From contig OZ244170.1 in the NCBI GenBank assembly GCA_965216565.1, forward strand, positions 3,392,001 to 3,456,000: a DNA stretch of 64,000 bases, given 5' to 3'. This DNA comes from Bythopirellula sp. GTDB lineage: Bacteria; Planctomycetota; Planctomycetia; Pirellulales; Lacipirellulaceae. Below the pieces are notes generated by a model. It was not told the DNA's origin. It worked only from the letters and a program-made list of their open reading frames with translations, and made no database searches. Positions 52,476 to 61,830 of the stretch are shown one piece after another. Within the stretch, counting starts at the first letter, position 1; every line of letters starts with the position of its first letter. Both the position numbers and the translations under genes were made by a program.

Positions 52476-53378
52476 ATGATTTCATTTAAAGCAGTGCTTG
52501 TTGTTTGTTTGATTGCGCAGAACGGAACGACGAGCCCCGGTTCTGGAGCCACCAGCGACAATCCTGTGCTGGCTCCCTGTCTCATTCGGCTCAAGAGCGA
52601 GAACGAGATTCGCATCCCAGCGCAGGAAGCGGGCGTGCTGATCGAAATGCCAGTCATTGAAGGCACGAAGGTGAATAAGGGAGATCTGTTAGCCAGAATT
52701 GATGACCGCGAGGCCAAAGCCACATTACAAATCACCGAATACGCCCTCGATTCAGCCAACAAGAAAGCGGAAGAAGATATCGAGATCCGATATGCCCAGG
52801 CAGCCGAGGCAGTCGCCAAAGTGGATTTAATTCAAGATCAGAAGGCGAATATTACACAACCAGGCGCTGTGCCAGAGATTGAAATCCGCCGCAAGAAGCT
52901 CGACTTAAGACGTTCCACACTACAAATCGAGAAAGCACAAAAAGATCAAGTTCTGGCTGGGCTAGAGGCTAAGACAAAAGCAGCCGAACGAGACGCTGCT
53001 AAGATGGCGCTCGACTGGCGAACCATCGTGGCGGCTTTCGATGGAGAAGTCGTCGACACCTACCGGCACCGCTCGGAATGGGTGAATCCAGGTGATCCCA
53101 TCTTGAAGCTGGCCAGATTTGACGAACTGCACGTGGAAGGAACGGCAAATGCCGACAACTACGATCGCGTGGAGCTTCAAGGCAAACCGGTCACCGTCAA
53201 GGTGGCACGTGCTCGCGGTCGAGAGATACGAATCGAAGGCAAAATTGTGTATGTCGATCCGATTGTTCGTTCCGACGGCAGCTACATCGTATTAGCCGAG
53301 ATCAAGAACAAGCAGGAAGCGGGTAGTTGGCTCATTCAACCTGGTCTGAGAGCCAGCATGACAATTCACCTGAAATAG
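52476..53378 (+). CDS. HlyD-family periplasmic adaptor
   Basis: IPAQEAGVL..V.EG..V.KGDLLARID, AAFDGEV, GWLIQPG-like C-terminus. Confidence 0.88.
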   Translation: MISFKAVLVVCLIAQNGTTSPGSGATSDNPVLAPCLIRLKSENEIRIPAQEAGVLIEMPVIEGTKVNKGDLLARIDDREAKATLQITEYALDSANKKAEEDIEIRYAQAAEAVAKVDLIQDQKANITQPGAVPEIEIRRKKLDLRRSTLQIEKAQKDQVLAGLEAKTKAAERDAAKMALDWRTIVAAFDGEVVDTYRHRSEWVNPGDPILKLARFDELHVEGTANADNYDRVELQGKPVTVKVARARGREIRIEGKIVYVDPIVRSDGSYIVLAEIKNKQEAGSWLIQPGLRASMTIHLK

Positions 53379-53384
53379 CCACGC

Positions 53385-55631
53385 ATGCCGACCCTCTCCG
53401 ACAGCATCGTTTCTAGCTCATCGCGAACGCTGGCCGTTCGTGTGCGGCCAGATCTCAAAGCGCGTCGGCAACGCTACCAGGGTCGTGTCTATTGGGTAGT
53501 GAAAGACCCGGTCGGGCTGCAATACTACCGGTTCGAAGAAGAAGAGTTTGCCATTCTGCAGATGCTCGATGGCGATGTCAGTCTGGAAGAAATCGCCGAG
53601 CAGTTCGAAGCGGAATTCCCTCCACAGACCATACGCGTGGAAGAATTGCAAAACTTCCTGGGAATGCTCTATCGCAGCGGGCTGGTCATCTCCGACTCGC
53701 GGGGGCAAGGCGTACAACTTAAGCAGCGGCACGACGAGCGCCGCAAGAAGGAATTGATTGGCTCGTTTAGCAACGTGCTGGCGATCCGATTTCGCGGATT
53801 CGACCCAGAACATATCCTAAACGCTATGTACCCATGGGTTCGCTGGTTCTTTACCACCCCCGCACTCATTTGTTGTTTGATCCTCTGTCTGAGTGCGGCG
53901 ACCCTTGTTGCCGTACAGTTCGATGTTTTTCAGTCGCGGCTGCCTTCGTTCCAAACTTTTTTCAGCGCACAAAACTGGCTCCTCATTGCGGCGGTCCTTG
54001 GCATCACCAAGGTCATCCATGAGTTCGGCCATGGATTGCCCTGTAAACACTTTGGCGGCGAATGTCATGAGATGGGGGTCATGTTTCTGGTCCTCACCCC
54101 TTGTCTGTATTGCAACGTTTCTGATTCTTGGATGCTTCCAAACCGTTGGCACCGGGCCGCTATCGGTGCGGCTGGGATGTATATCGAAGTGGTGATCGCC
54201 TCCGTATGCACCTTTATCTGGTGGTTCAGTGAGCCAGGCTTCCTAAATTACTTGTGTTTGAATGTAATGTTCGTCAGTTCGGTCAGCACCATCCTGTTCA
54301 ATGCCAACCCGCTGCTGCGCTACGATGGCTACTACATTCTGAGCGACATCCTGGAGATTCCAAACCTCCGACAAAAGGCCAACTCGATTCTCACCCGTAA
54401 GCTACGCAAGTGGTGCTTAGGGCTAGAAGAACAGGAAGATCCGTTTCTGCCGAAGCGGAATCAAGGTCTGTTCGCTTTATACACGGTTGCGGCATTCTTC
54501 TACCGCTGGTTTATCTTGCTGTCGATTCTGTTTTTCCTCAACAAGATCTTCGAACCGTATGGCCTCAAAGTACTCGGTCAAATGATCGCGATGGTTTCCA
54601 TTTGGGGGCTCGTTTTTATGCCCCTACAAAAAGTGTACAAATTCTTGAAAGTGCCTGGGAGTTTAAGAAAAGTGAAAAAGGTTCGCGTGTACGCCACACT
54701 ACTGGTGCTGGTCGGCCTGATCAGTGGTCTGTTGCTGATTCCGTTTCCCTCGAGTGTCATCTGTCCCTTCGAATTGAAGCCTCGCGGTGCTGCGTCGGTT
54801 TATGTAGAGGTGGAAGGTGTGCTTAACGAATTGCTGGTCGAACCCGGCGAGCAAGTGGAGGCTGGTCAATTGCTGGCCAAAATGGAAAATATCGATTTGG
54901 AAATCGACGTCGCCCGCCTCCGGGGCGAGCAGAACGGGGCATTAGCCCAGTTGGAAAGCTTGAAGCACGTGCAGTTTCGTGACGAGCAAGCGGCTTTGCA
55001 GATGGATCTCACTCGGAAACGATACGAATCGATTACCGAACAGTTAGAACAAAAACTCAAAGATATGGGTCGGCTGGAACTTCGTGCCCCAATCGCTGGG
55101 ACTGTTATTCCACCGCCGAAGTTTCGAGAATCGTCGGTCGACGAGCGCCTGCAATTAGCGAGTTGGTCTGGCTCACCGCTACACAAGAAAAACTTAGGTG
55201 CGACACTTCAACCCGATGGCCAACGCGATCTATTCTGCCAAATCGGCGACCCCGACCGTTGGGACGCCGTGCTAGTGCTCAATCAGCGCGATCTCGATTG
55301 GGTGCATGGCGGCGAAGAGGTGCGGCTCATGTTTGAAGAATCTCCTTATCACATATTTGTCAGCAAGATTCAACGTATCGCCACCGACGAACTCGAGGGC
55401 GTCTCGCAACAGTTGGCCAGCACTTCCGGCGGGCCGGTGCCGGCCCAGGCAGATCCCGATGGCGTGATTCGTCCACTCGACACTTCCTACCAGGCCGACG
55501 TTCCGTTAGACAACTCGCTAGGGCTGATGCGCAATGGGCTGACCGGCCAAGCCCGCATCAAAACAGCCCCCCGCACACTCGCCAGTCGACTGTACCGCTA
55601 TTTGAGCCGGACGTTTAGCTTTGATTTGTAG
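53385..55631 (+). CDS. Site-2 protease (M50) - HlyD adaptor fusion with PqqD/RRE-like N-terminus
   Basis: HEFGH zinc motif, NPLLRYDG motif, multiple TM segments, C-terminal adaptor domain (RAPIAG). Confidence 0.88.
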   Translation: MPTLSDSIVSSSSRTLAVRVRPDLKARRQRYQGRVYWVVKDPVGLQYYRFEEEEFAILQMLDGDVSLEEIAEQFEAEFPPQTIRVEELQNFLGMLYRSGLVISDSRGQGVQLKQRHDERRKKELIGSFSNVLAIRFRGFDPEHILNAMYPWVRWFFTTPALICCLILCLSAATLVAVQFDVFQSRLPSFQTFFSAQNWLLIAAVLGITKVIHEFGHGLPCKHFGGECHEMGVMFLVLTPCLYCNVSDSWMLPNRWHRAAIGAAGMYIEVVIASVCTFIWWFSEPGFLNYLCLNVMFVSSVSTILFNANPLLRYDGYYILSDILEIPNLRQKANSILTRKLRKWCLGLEEQEDPFLPKRNQGLFALYTVAAFFYRWFILLSILFFLNKIFEPYGLKVLGQMIAMVSIWGLVFMPLQKVYKFLKVPGSLRKVKKVRVYATLLVLVGLISGLLLIPFPSSVICPFELKPRGAASVYVEVEGVLNELLVEPGEQVEAGQLLAKMENIDLEIDVARLRGEQNGALAQLESLKHVQFRDEQAALQMDLTRKRYESITEQLEQKLKDMGRLELRAPIAGTVIPPPKFRESSVDERLQLASWSGSPLHKKNLGATLQPDGQRDLFCQIGDPDRWDAVLVLNQRDLDWVHGGEEVRLMFEESPYHIFVSKIQRIATDELEGVSQQLASTSGGPVPAQADPDGVIRPLDTSYQADVPLDNSLGLMRNGLTGQARIKTAPRTLASRLYRYLSRTFSFDL

Positions 55632-55645
55632 CGGGGGTATTCATC

Positions 55646-57142
55646 CTACTCGACTAGTTTTTTTGTCAGCGGAACGATCAACGAGCGATCGTCACTACGG
55701 ATTAAAATGCCAATAACGTTGCCGTCGCTCGCGGCCACTACGCTGGCTCCGTGCCAAGTGTCGTCCAATGGCACGCCGGGGTCGACGCCCCAGGCAGGCA
55801 CTCCTGCACTCTCAAGCATCGTTAGGCGCTCCACGGCAATGGGCATTGTCATATCGTCGCTACCGCAAGTGACGATCAATTCTTCAGGAGCGTTTGCTGA
55901 ACGTAGTTTCGTCACGGGCCAACTCACGATTTTTGCGTCGAGCTCGCTCGGTTGACGGCAAGTAGCCAGCGCTCCTAAGGCATTTGTACCACTTAGGGGA
56001 AGAGAATTCTCTTTGCCAGAAACCTCTAAGCTGTACTCTTCCTCATCGCCTTCGTCGATTACCAACATGTTGGCTGGGCCCAGTAACCGCCCATCATCCA
56101 GGGGCAACAACCAACCACGCTGACGTCCCGCCCCTAAAGCACCGAGAGCTCCCTGTTGACGGCGGTAGCCTAACAAGGATCGCGGCGTGGAAGATCCGGT
56201 CGGCAGCGTTGCCGTACCGATGGCAATTCGCGGTTGCCAATTGATCCATTCATCGCGGGGCGAATTGAACAATTCGAAGCGATGACCCGTCGCGGCAAGA
56301 TTGCCGGGGCTATTGGGCGTCGCAAACGAAACCCCACCGGCTGCAATCGTGGCCAAGGTCTCGGCATCGAGTTCGATTCCACCCAAGCCGATCTTCACAT
56401 CCAATCCGCTCGTGCTCCAGAAGCGAGTGTTTTCGCGAATTAGTTCACGATAGTTGGGTGAGATTAGTGCCCGTGCTTCGACGGTTGCGGCATCGTTCGT
56501 TAGCCCCACCGATAGAATTTGACCTACAACGACACCCCGATAACTGATCGGTGATCCACTCTGCAAGCCATAGCGTTTCTTGCCCTCTAGCACGACCTCC
56601 AATCCGTCGGCAATGTTCTCTGCCGGGGCTGAGGCTGTTTCCAAACCATAAAACAAATTGCTCGGCGGGGCATCCGTTGGTCCGGGAACCACGCCCACGT
56701 ATTGTCCTCCAACCAATGTATCGAGGCCGCGTACCTGGCCGACGCTAATATCGGGGCGCTCAATCCAAAATCGTGATCCTTCGCGCGCCAGCGAGGCGGC
56801 GGCGGCAGTAAACTGAATTCGCACGACTACGCTATCGAGCGTTTCGTTTAAGAGTATTTCTCGTACCTCGCCAACGTCGATGCCCCGAAAACGTACCGGA
56901 TCGCCGGGGTGCAATCCGTGGCCTTGCGAAAAATGGACATCGATCATCGGCCCTTCGCCACGAACCTGAAACCACACCAGCCCACCCGCCAAAATCGCAC
57001 ATACCAGCGTAGCAATCCACATCTTAGAAACTAACAGCCCCGCAGTTTTCGCAGGTGATGGCGCCTCACGCACTTCCGCCACGGGATACTCGTTGCCATA
57101 GTCTTCTGGGGCTGGCTTGTTGGATTCAGGCACAGTCGTCAT
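55646..57142 (-). CDS. PqiB/MlaD-family MCE protein (two MCE domains)
   Basis: TM, GLHPGDPVRFRGIDVGEV, GSRFW, GSPISYRGVVVG, NTRFW. Confidence 0.88.
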   Translation of the reverse strand: MTTVPESNKPAPEDYGNEYPVAEVREAPSPAKTAGLLVSKMWIATLVCAILAGGLVWFQVRGEGPMIDVHFSQGHGLHPGDPVRFRGIDVGEVREILLNETLDSVVVRIQFTAAAASLAREGSRFWIERPDISVGQVRGLDTLVGGQYVGVVPGPTDAPPSNLFYGLETASAPAENIADGLEVVLEGKKRYGLQSGSPISYRGVVVGQILSVGLTNDAATVEARALISPNYRELIRENTRFWSTSGLDVKIGLGGIELDAETLATIAAGGVSFATPNSPGNLAATGHRFELFNSPRDEWINWQPRIAIGTATLPTGSSTPRSLLGYRRQQGALGALGAGRQRGWLLPLDDGRLLGPANMLVIDEGDEEEYSLEVSGKENSLPLSGTNALGALATCRQPSELDAKIVSWPVTKLRSANAPEELIVTCGSDDMTMPIAVERLTMLESAGVPAWGVDPGVPLDDTWHGASVVAASDGNVIGILIRSDDRSLIVPLTKKLVE

Positions 57143-57713
57143 CCCAAATGGTGTGCGGATCGAAACAGATCGACGCCAACATGCTCATGGCGACGCAAAA
57201 CACAAATGCCCACACGGCTGGGCCAAAATGAAACTCTACAAGACTCCCCAACTTAACCAGCATCACCATGAATGCAAGCAGCATCACGTCCATCATGCTC
57301 CACTTGCCGGCAAACTCCATCACTCGATACGTCCAAGCTTTGTGCTGACGCTGCATCACGCCCAACAAACTAAGCTCCAAGAGCAAAACGATCTTCACCA
57401 ATGGAAACACGATTGAAAACAGAAGTACGACAATGCCAACAAACCAGTCGCCTTCTCGCAACAATTCAATCGTTCCCACCAGCAAACTCGACTCGCGACG
57501 ATGGCCTAGCTTTTCGATCTGCAAGATTGGTAGCAAGATCGCTGGCCAAAACAGCACGAAGGCTGCCGTTGCCGCGGCGGCGGTTCGGCTGGCAGACTTC
57601 GCGCACAATTGATCGATACCCGAACCACACCGCGTACAAGCAGCTATTTGGCGCTCGACCAACACCGGCACGCGATGAATCTGTCCACAGCAGTGACAGG
57701 CTTTGAGTTTCAT
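57126..57713 (-). CDS. Paraquat-inducible protein A family (single PqiA unit)
   Basis: CHCC/CTRCG Zn ribbon, FSIVFPLVK, GKWSMMDV. Confidence 0.9.
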   Translation of the reverse strand: MKLKACHCCGQIHRVPVLVERQIAACTRCGSGIDQLCAKSASRTAAAATAAFVLFWPAILLPILQIEKLGHRRESSLLVGTIELLREGDWFVGIVVLLFSIVFPLVKIVLLLELSLLGVMQRQHKAWTYRVMEFAGKWSMMDVMLLAFMVMLVKLGSLVEFHFGPAVWAFVFCVAMSMLASICFDPHTIWDDDCA

Positions 57714-57805
57714 ATTCGAGACACTCTGGGGACGCTCGATTTCCAAGCAGTCGGATACTTAAGGGAACCACGAATGAACACTAATCTACACTAATGTTAT
57801 GAAAC

Positions 57806-58552
57806 TCATTCGCGCCTTTTAGTATTCATTTGCGTTACCCCATCAGCTTCAGAGTTACGCTCCAACAAAGATAGAAAACAAGCCGCCGAAATCCCGCCCG
57901 ATCCAAACATCATTGCCATTACCATAATCTGATATCTGGCGGCCACCAAGGGATCGGTCCCCGCAAGAATTTGGCCGGTCATCATCCCTGGAAGCGAAAC
58001 TAGCCCTACCGAGAGCAAGGAATTCGTGATTGGAATCAGTGCCGCCCGCATTCCTGCTTGCCGTGCTGCTTCGTATTTTTTTCCGTCTGACTTCTCAGAA
58101 ACAAATCTTTCCGCGGCGATGCTTAGCGAGTTCATGGCCACAGAGAATGTCATCCCCCCCAGGGGCACCAGATAACGGGGCAGAAACCAAGGCTCCAACT
58201 GCAGTACGGCTTGAGTAATTAAAGCCAGGCACACCCCACCACCCAGGGCAATGGAAAGCCACGCCTTGAAGTAGTAGTTGCTTCTTCTTTCAGCTACAGG
58301 TCCCAATGCGATCCAACTGGCTGCACTCACCATGACCAAAAGAACAGCAAGAATCACCCAGGGCTTGTCTGATTTAAAGATGTGGGTCAGGACGTAACCG
58401 ACAGCAAACAACTGGGCCAACATCCGTACCACGGCCCATACAGCACGACCTATACCGAGCGACCAGCGATGAATGATCACAATCACCAACAGCACGGGCA
58501 GAAAACCTATGGCCAGGTTCAGCAGTGAAATGGTCGGCAGCGGGTCGCGCAT
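57806..58552 (-). CDS. UPF0014 (FetB/YbbM-like) ABC permease
   Basis: RMLAQLFAVGYVL, PRYLVPLGGM, GLVSLPGMMTGQILAG..AARYQI. Confidence 0.9.
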   Translation of the reverse strand: MRDPLPTISLLNLAIGFLPVLLVIVIIHRWSLGIGRAVWAVVRMLAQLFAVGYVLTHIFKSDKPWVILAVLLVMVSAASWIALGPVAERRSNYYFKAWLSIALGGGVCLALITQAVLQLEPWFLPRYLVPLGGMTFSVAMNSLSIAAERFVSEKSDGKKYEAARQAGMRAALIPITNSLLSVGLVSLPGMMTGQILAGTDPLVAARYQIMVMAMMFGSGGISAACFLSLLERNSEADGVTQMNTKRRE

Positions 58553-58559
58553 AAGTGGT

Positions 58560-59489
58560 CTACTCTAAGGTGTCGCCGACTTGCACCGGGTAGCCACGCA
58601 AGAATGTCGCGGCATCCATCGCCCGCTTCCCCGCCGGTTGTATTTCTTCCATAGCCAGCAAACCTGCTCCCGTCGAAACCAGCAACTGCGACTGAGATTT
58701 CACCACTGTGCCGGCGATGGCTTTCGATTCGTCATCCAGAAACGACGAACGATGGACGATCAACCGAAGCGGTTCTCCCCCTTCTCGTCGCCAATGCGTG
58801 TACGCCCGCGGCCAGGGTTGCAGGGCGCGAACCTGATTGTGTATTTGCTGGGCGGACTTCGACCAATCGATCAGCCCTTTTTCTTTGGAAAGACGCGGCG
58901 CCTTGGTAGCTTGCGCCTTGTCTTGCTGAATCGGTTCCGCCTTGCCACTTGCCAAGTCTTCAACCACACTCAACACGAGCTCCGCCCCCTGCTCTGCCAT
59001 CCGGGCTTCCAGTTCCCCAGCCGTTTCATCGGGATCGATTGGGATCCGCTGCACGCCCAGGCACGGACCGGCGTCGAGGCCCGGCGTCATTTGAATCACC
59101 GTGTTTCCTGTTTCCGTGTCACCATTCAGTACGGCCCATTGCACTGGCGCAGCGCCGCGATACTTGGGCAGTAGCGAACCATGCAGATTGATCCCGCCCA
59201 ATCGGGAAACCTCAAGCGTTGCCGGTTTCAAGATTTCGCCATAGTCGCAAACAACGAGCAAATCGAGTTGCAGAGACGTCAGCCGTTCGCGGGCTTCGTC
59301 GCAATTGACCGTCTCTGGAAGCCACACCTCAATACCCAACTCCTCGGCGGCCTGCTGCACGGGCGAGGGCTGCGCGCGTCGACCCCGCGGCGGACGCGAA
59401 ACCGCGCAGGTCACCTCATGCGATGATCCCCCCAACGCCCGCAGCGTTGGCACGGCAAAGGGACCAGTTCCAAGAAGAGCTAAACGCAT
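58560..59489 (-). CDS. fmt: Methionyl-tRNA formyltransferase
   Basis: GTGPFAVP, INLHGSLLPKYRGAAPVQ, LDAGP, IQPAGKR. Confidence 0.97.
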   Translation of the reverse strand: MRLALLGTGPFAVPTLRALGGSSHEVTCAVSRPPRGRRAQPSPVQQAAEELGIEVWLPETVNCDEARERLTSLQLDLLVVCDYGEILKPATLEVSRLGGINLHGSLLPKYRGAAPVQWAVLNGDTETGNTVIQMTPGLDAGPCLGVQRIPIDPDETAGELEARMAEQGAELVLSVVEDLASGKAEPIQQDKAQATKAPRLSKEKGLIDWSKSAQQIHNQVRALQPWPRAYTHWRREGGEPLRLIVHRSSFLDDESKAIAGTVVKSQSQLLVSTGAGLLAMEEIQPAGKRAMDAATFLRGYPVQVGDTLE

Positions 59490-59608
59490 CAGGTTTGTTC
59501 CGTGAAATCCGTCGGAGGTGGTTCAATGTAGGATGTAAGATGCTTGATTGCTGATCTGCTCGAATCCTTCTAGAGTATCAACATCAACAGTCTCACTTCA
59601 AACACGGT

Positions 59609-60196
59609 TTATGTTCTTAGCTTTTCTAACTCCGCCAACCGATTTGCAATCGCTTCGTCGCCGGGCAATTCGCCACATTCTCGCCGACTGGTGAAGTCGA
59701 TTTCAAACTCTTCAAGCTGATCGCGAACATCGGCGGCCTGGGCAGGTGTAAGCCGGTCGATAAACAGCGTCCCATCGAGATGATCGGTTTCGTGCTGCAC
59801 GATCCGTGCCAGCAACCCATCGACTTCGCCGGTAAACGCTTCGCCAGAAAGATTGTACGCTTCGACCTTGATCTTTTCCTTCCGCACCACCGGGCCCATT
59901 ACCCCTGGGATGCTCAGGCAGCCTTCGTCGCCCTCTTCCTGCCCTTTTCCACCGCTTAACACCGGATTGATAAACACCATTTCGGCGTCCTTGTTACTGG
60001 CATCGCCCGAGGGATTGGCCACGAATAGCCGATAAGGCAAGTCAACCTGGTTGGCCGCCAGACCCACTCCCTCGTGGGCATACATCAGCTCGAACATTTG
60101 AGCGACCAGGTCGCGGAGTTCTGTATCAACTTTCTTAAGTGTCCGAGATACATGCCGTAGCGTCGGATGAGGGTAATGGATGATTTCAAGCTTCAA
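59609..60196 (-). CDS. def: Peptide deformylase
   Basis: GVGLAANQV, EGCLS, QHETDHLDG; TTG start assumed. Confidence 0.97.
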   Translation of the reverse strand: MKLEIIHYPHPTLRHVSRTLKKVDTELRDLVAQMFELMYAHEGVGLAANQVDLPYRLFVANPSGDASNKDAEMVFINPVLSGGKGQEEGDEGCLSIPGVMGPVVRKEKIKVEAYNLSGEAFTGEVDGLLARIVQHETDHLDGTLFIDRLTPAQAADVRDQLEEFEIDFTSRRECGELPGDEAIANRLAELEKLRT

Positions 60197-60480
60197 GGTG
60201 CTACCTGCAGTCAGAGGCGGGGCGATGCGATTGAACTTACTGAGGCCATTCGGGAAATCTACAGACGCGAAGCGTGCTGTCACCTCGCCCCGGCGAGTCG
60301 CCTTCGGAGACCCGAGGTCTGCCGGGGGGGGCTGGCCAGATTCCTCGGCAGAGCTCGGAATAACAACTACTTCCGTCGCTGTGCTGATTGATCAGACTCC
60401 TGGAGGGTCCAAGCAGTGGGTTGAATTATAACGGACGCACAGCACTTGCAGGAGGTGCCCTCGTTGAAACCAGGAGCAAG

Positions 60481-60513
60481 AAAAAAGGTAGGTGCCTACT
60501 AGCACCTACCTTT
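60481..60513 (-). terminator. Intrinsic terminator
   Basis: AAAGGTAGGTGC/GCACCTACCTTT stem with T-run on the minus strand. Confidence 0.8.
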
Positions 60514-60540
60514 ATGAGTTTTTGCTGATTCAATCCAACA

Positions 60541-60954
60541 CTAGCGCTGGATCGGATACCAAGGCCCGCGAGCGTAGTAAACGCCGAATTGGGCTGTATC
60601 TGCTGGCCAGACGGGCGTATTTCGGAAGCCACCGCCAAAGGGTCCAGGACCTGGGTAGTTGCGACCAAACTGATGATCGATCCGCGAGATACGTGAGCTT
60701 GGTGCGCCCCAACTCCAATTCGTCTGCAGATTCGCCGTCGGCGGTACCACCAATGCTACAGGCTGGCCGTAGGCGGAGTGATTGAAATTGCCATGCCAGT
60801 TGTACTGGCTGGCGCGTCGCTGAGCAGTCTTTAAGTACGGCATTTGGCAAGCAGGTACGCAAGCACCCGATGAGCAATCGCTACATTGGGCAAACGCCGG
60901 GGCTGCGACGATGCATAGCATTGCAGCAGTCAATGAATGGATGATCTTTTTCAC
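60541..60954 (-). CDS. Small secreted aromatic/Pro-rich protein
   Basis: GTG start with AAGGA RBS, signal peptide ending AFA, YGQPVALVVPPTA..WSWG, GVYYARGPW. Confidence 0.8.
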   Translation of the reverse strand: MKKIIHSLTAAMLCIVAAPAFAQCSDCSSGACVPACQMPYLKTAQRRASQYNWHGNFNHSAYGQPVALVVPPTANLQTNWSWGAPSSRISRIDHQFGRNYPGPGPFGGGFRNTPVWPADTAQFGVYYARGPWYPIQR

Positions 60955-61008
60955 AGTACCGTTCCTTCGGTAATCAAGTGAGATGGGGAATATTTCAATC
61001 AGCAGATT

Positions 61009-61398
61009 TTAGAAACGCCAGTTCAAATCGTGGCGAATATCTTGCAGCTTCAATCCACGTGTTCGATAGCGGATCTTAGCTCGATTCCAACCTGCCCCGG
61101 GTGTGTAGGCATAGTGCGAACGAGTGTGCTTGTACATATACTCGTGTGGCATCCACGGTTGGTAGGTAGTGTAGGTATGCCCGACATTGGCAGGAACAGG
61201 GACCGGCGAGATATACATCTGAGCGGCCGTACCGCTAGGCTGAGGTCCAACGTAGTAATTAGCAAACAAGTCACGTTTGTCTTGGTAGCTAATGATACGC
61301 TGCCATTTGCCTTCCGCGGCTTGGCAGGCAGATGGAACCTGTACGATGCCGACTAAGGCAGCCAGCAGGCTGGCCCAACAAAGAAAACGGCTGACCAT
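61009..61398 (-). CDS. Small secreted Tyr/His/Pro-rich protein
   Basis: GGAGG RBS, signal peptide, DLFANYY, PVPANVGHTYTTYQPWMPHEYMYKH. Confidence 0.8.
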   Translation of the reverse strand: MVSRFLCWASLLAALVGIVQVPSACQAAEGKWQRIISYQDKRDLFANYYVGPQPSGTAAQMYISPVPVPANVGHTYTTYQPWMPHEYMYKHTRSHYAYTPGAGWNRAKIRYRTRGLKLQDIRHDLNWRF

Positions 61399-61830
61399 AA
61401 TTCCCCTCCGTCAATGTTATCTTGGTTCGCGGAAACGCACCGCAACGGATCCTTACCCTCACAGGGCAAGCATTTTCACGGCGGGAATTTCCCTATAATA
61501 AGGGCCGCTAAAGGTTGGTTATTGTGAGCCAGTCGTGGTGGGATGTCCGCAAGGCGGAGATCGAGGACCGGCTGCGAGGATCTCTACCATTGGATGTCGG
61601 CATGTAACGGTCGTGACAATCAGTTTTTGTGTGACGGAGACGACGTTGATCGGATTTATGCTAGCCAGTTCGGGGTGCTTCTACCCTGTAGCTCGACGGC
61701 TTGTGTCGCTATAATCCCCCTAGTCGTTAAAGCTTCGCAGTGGATTGGCCATCGCATTCGCAATCGCCCTCTCGGCTTGCCTTTCGGCATTCGTCACCAA
61801 CCCAAACCCTAGTAAATCGGAGATGTCGTC

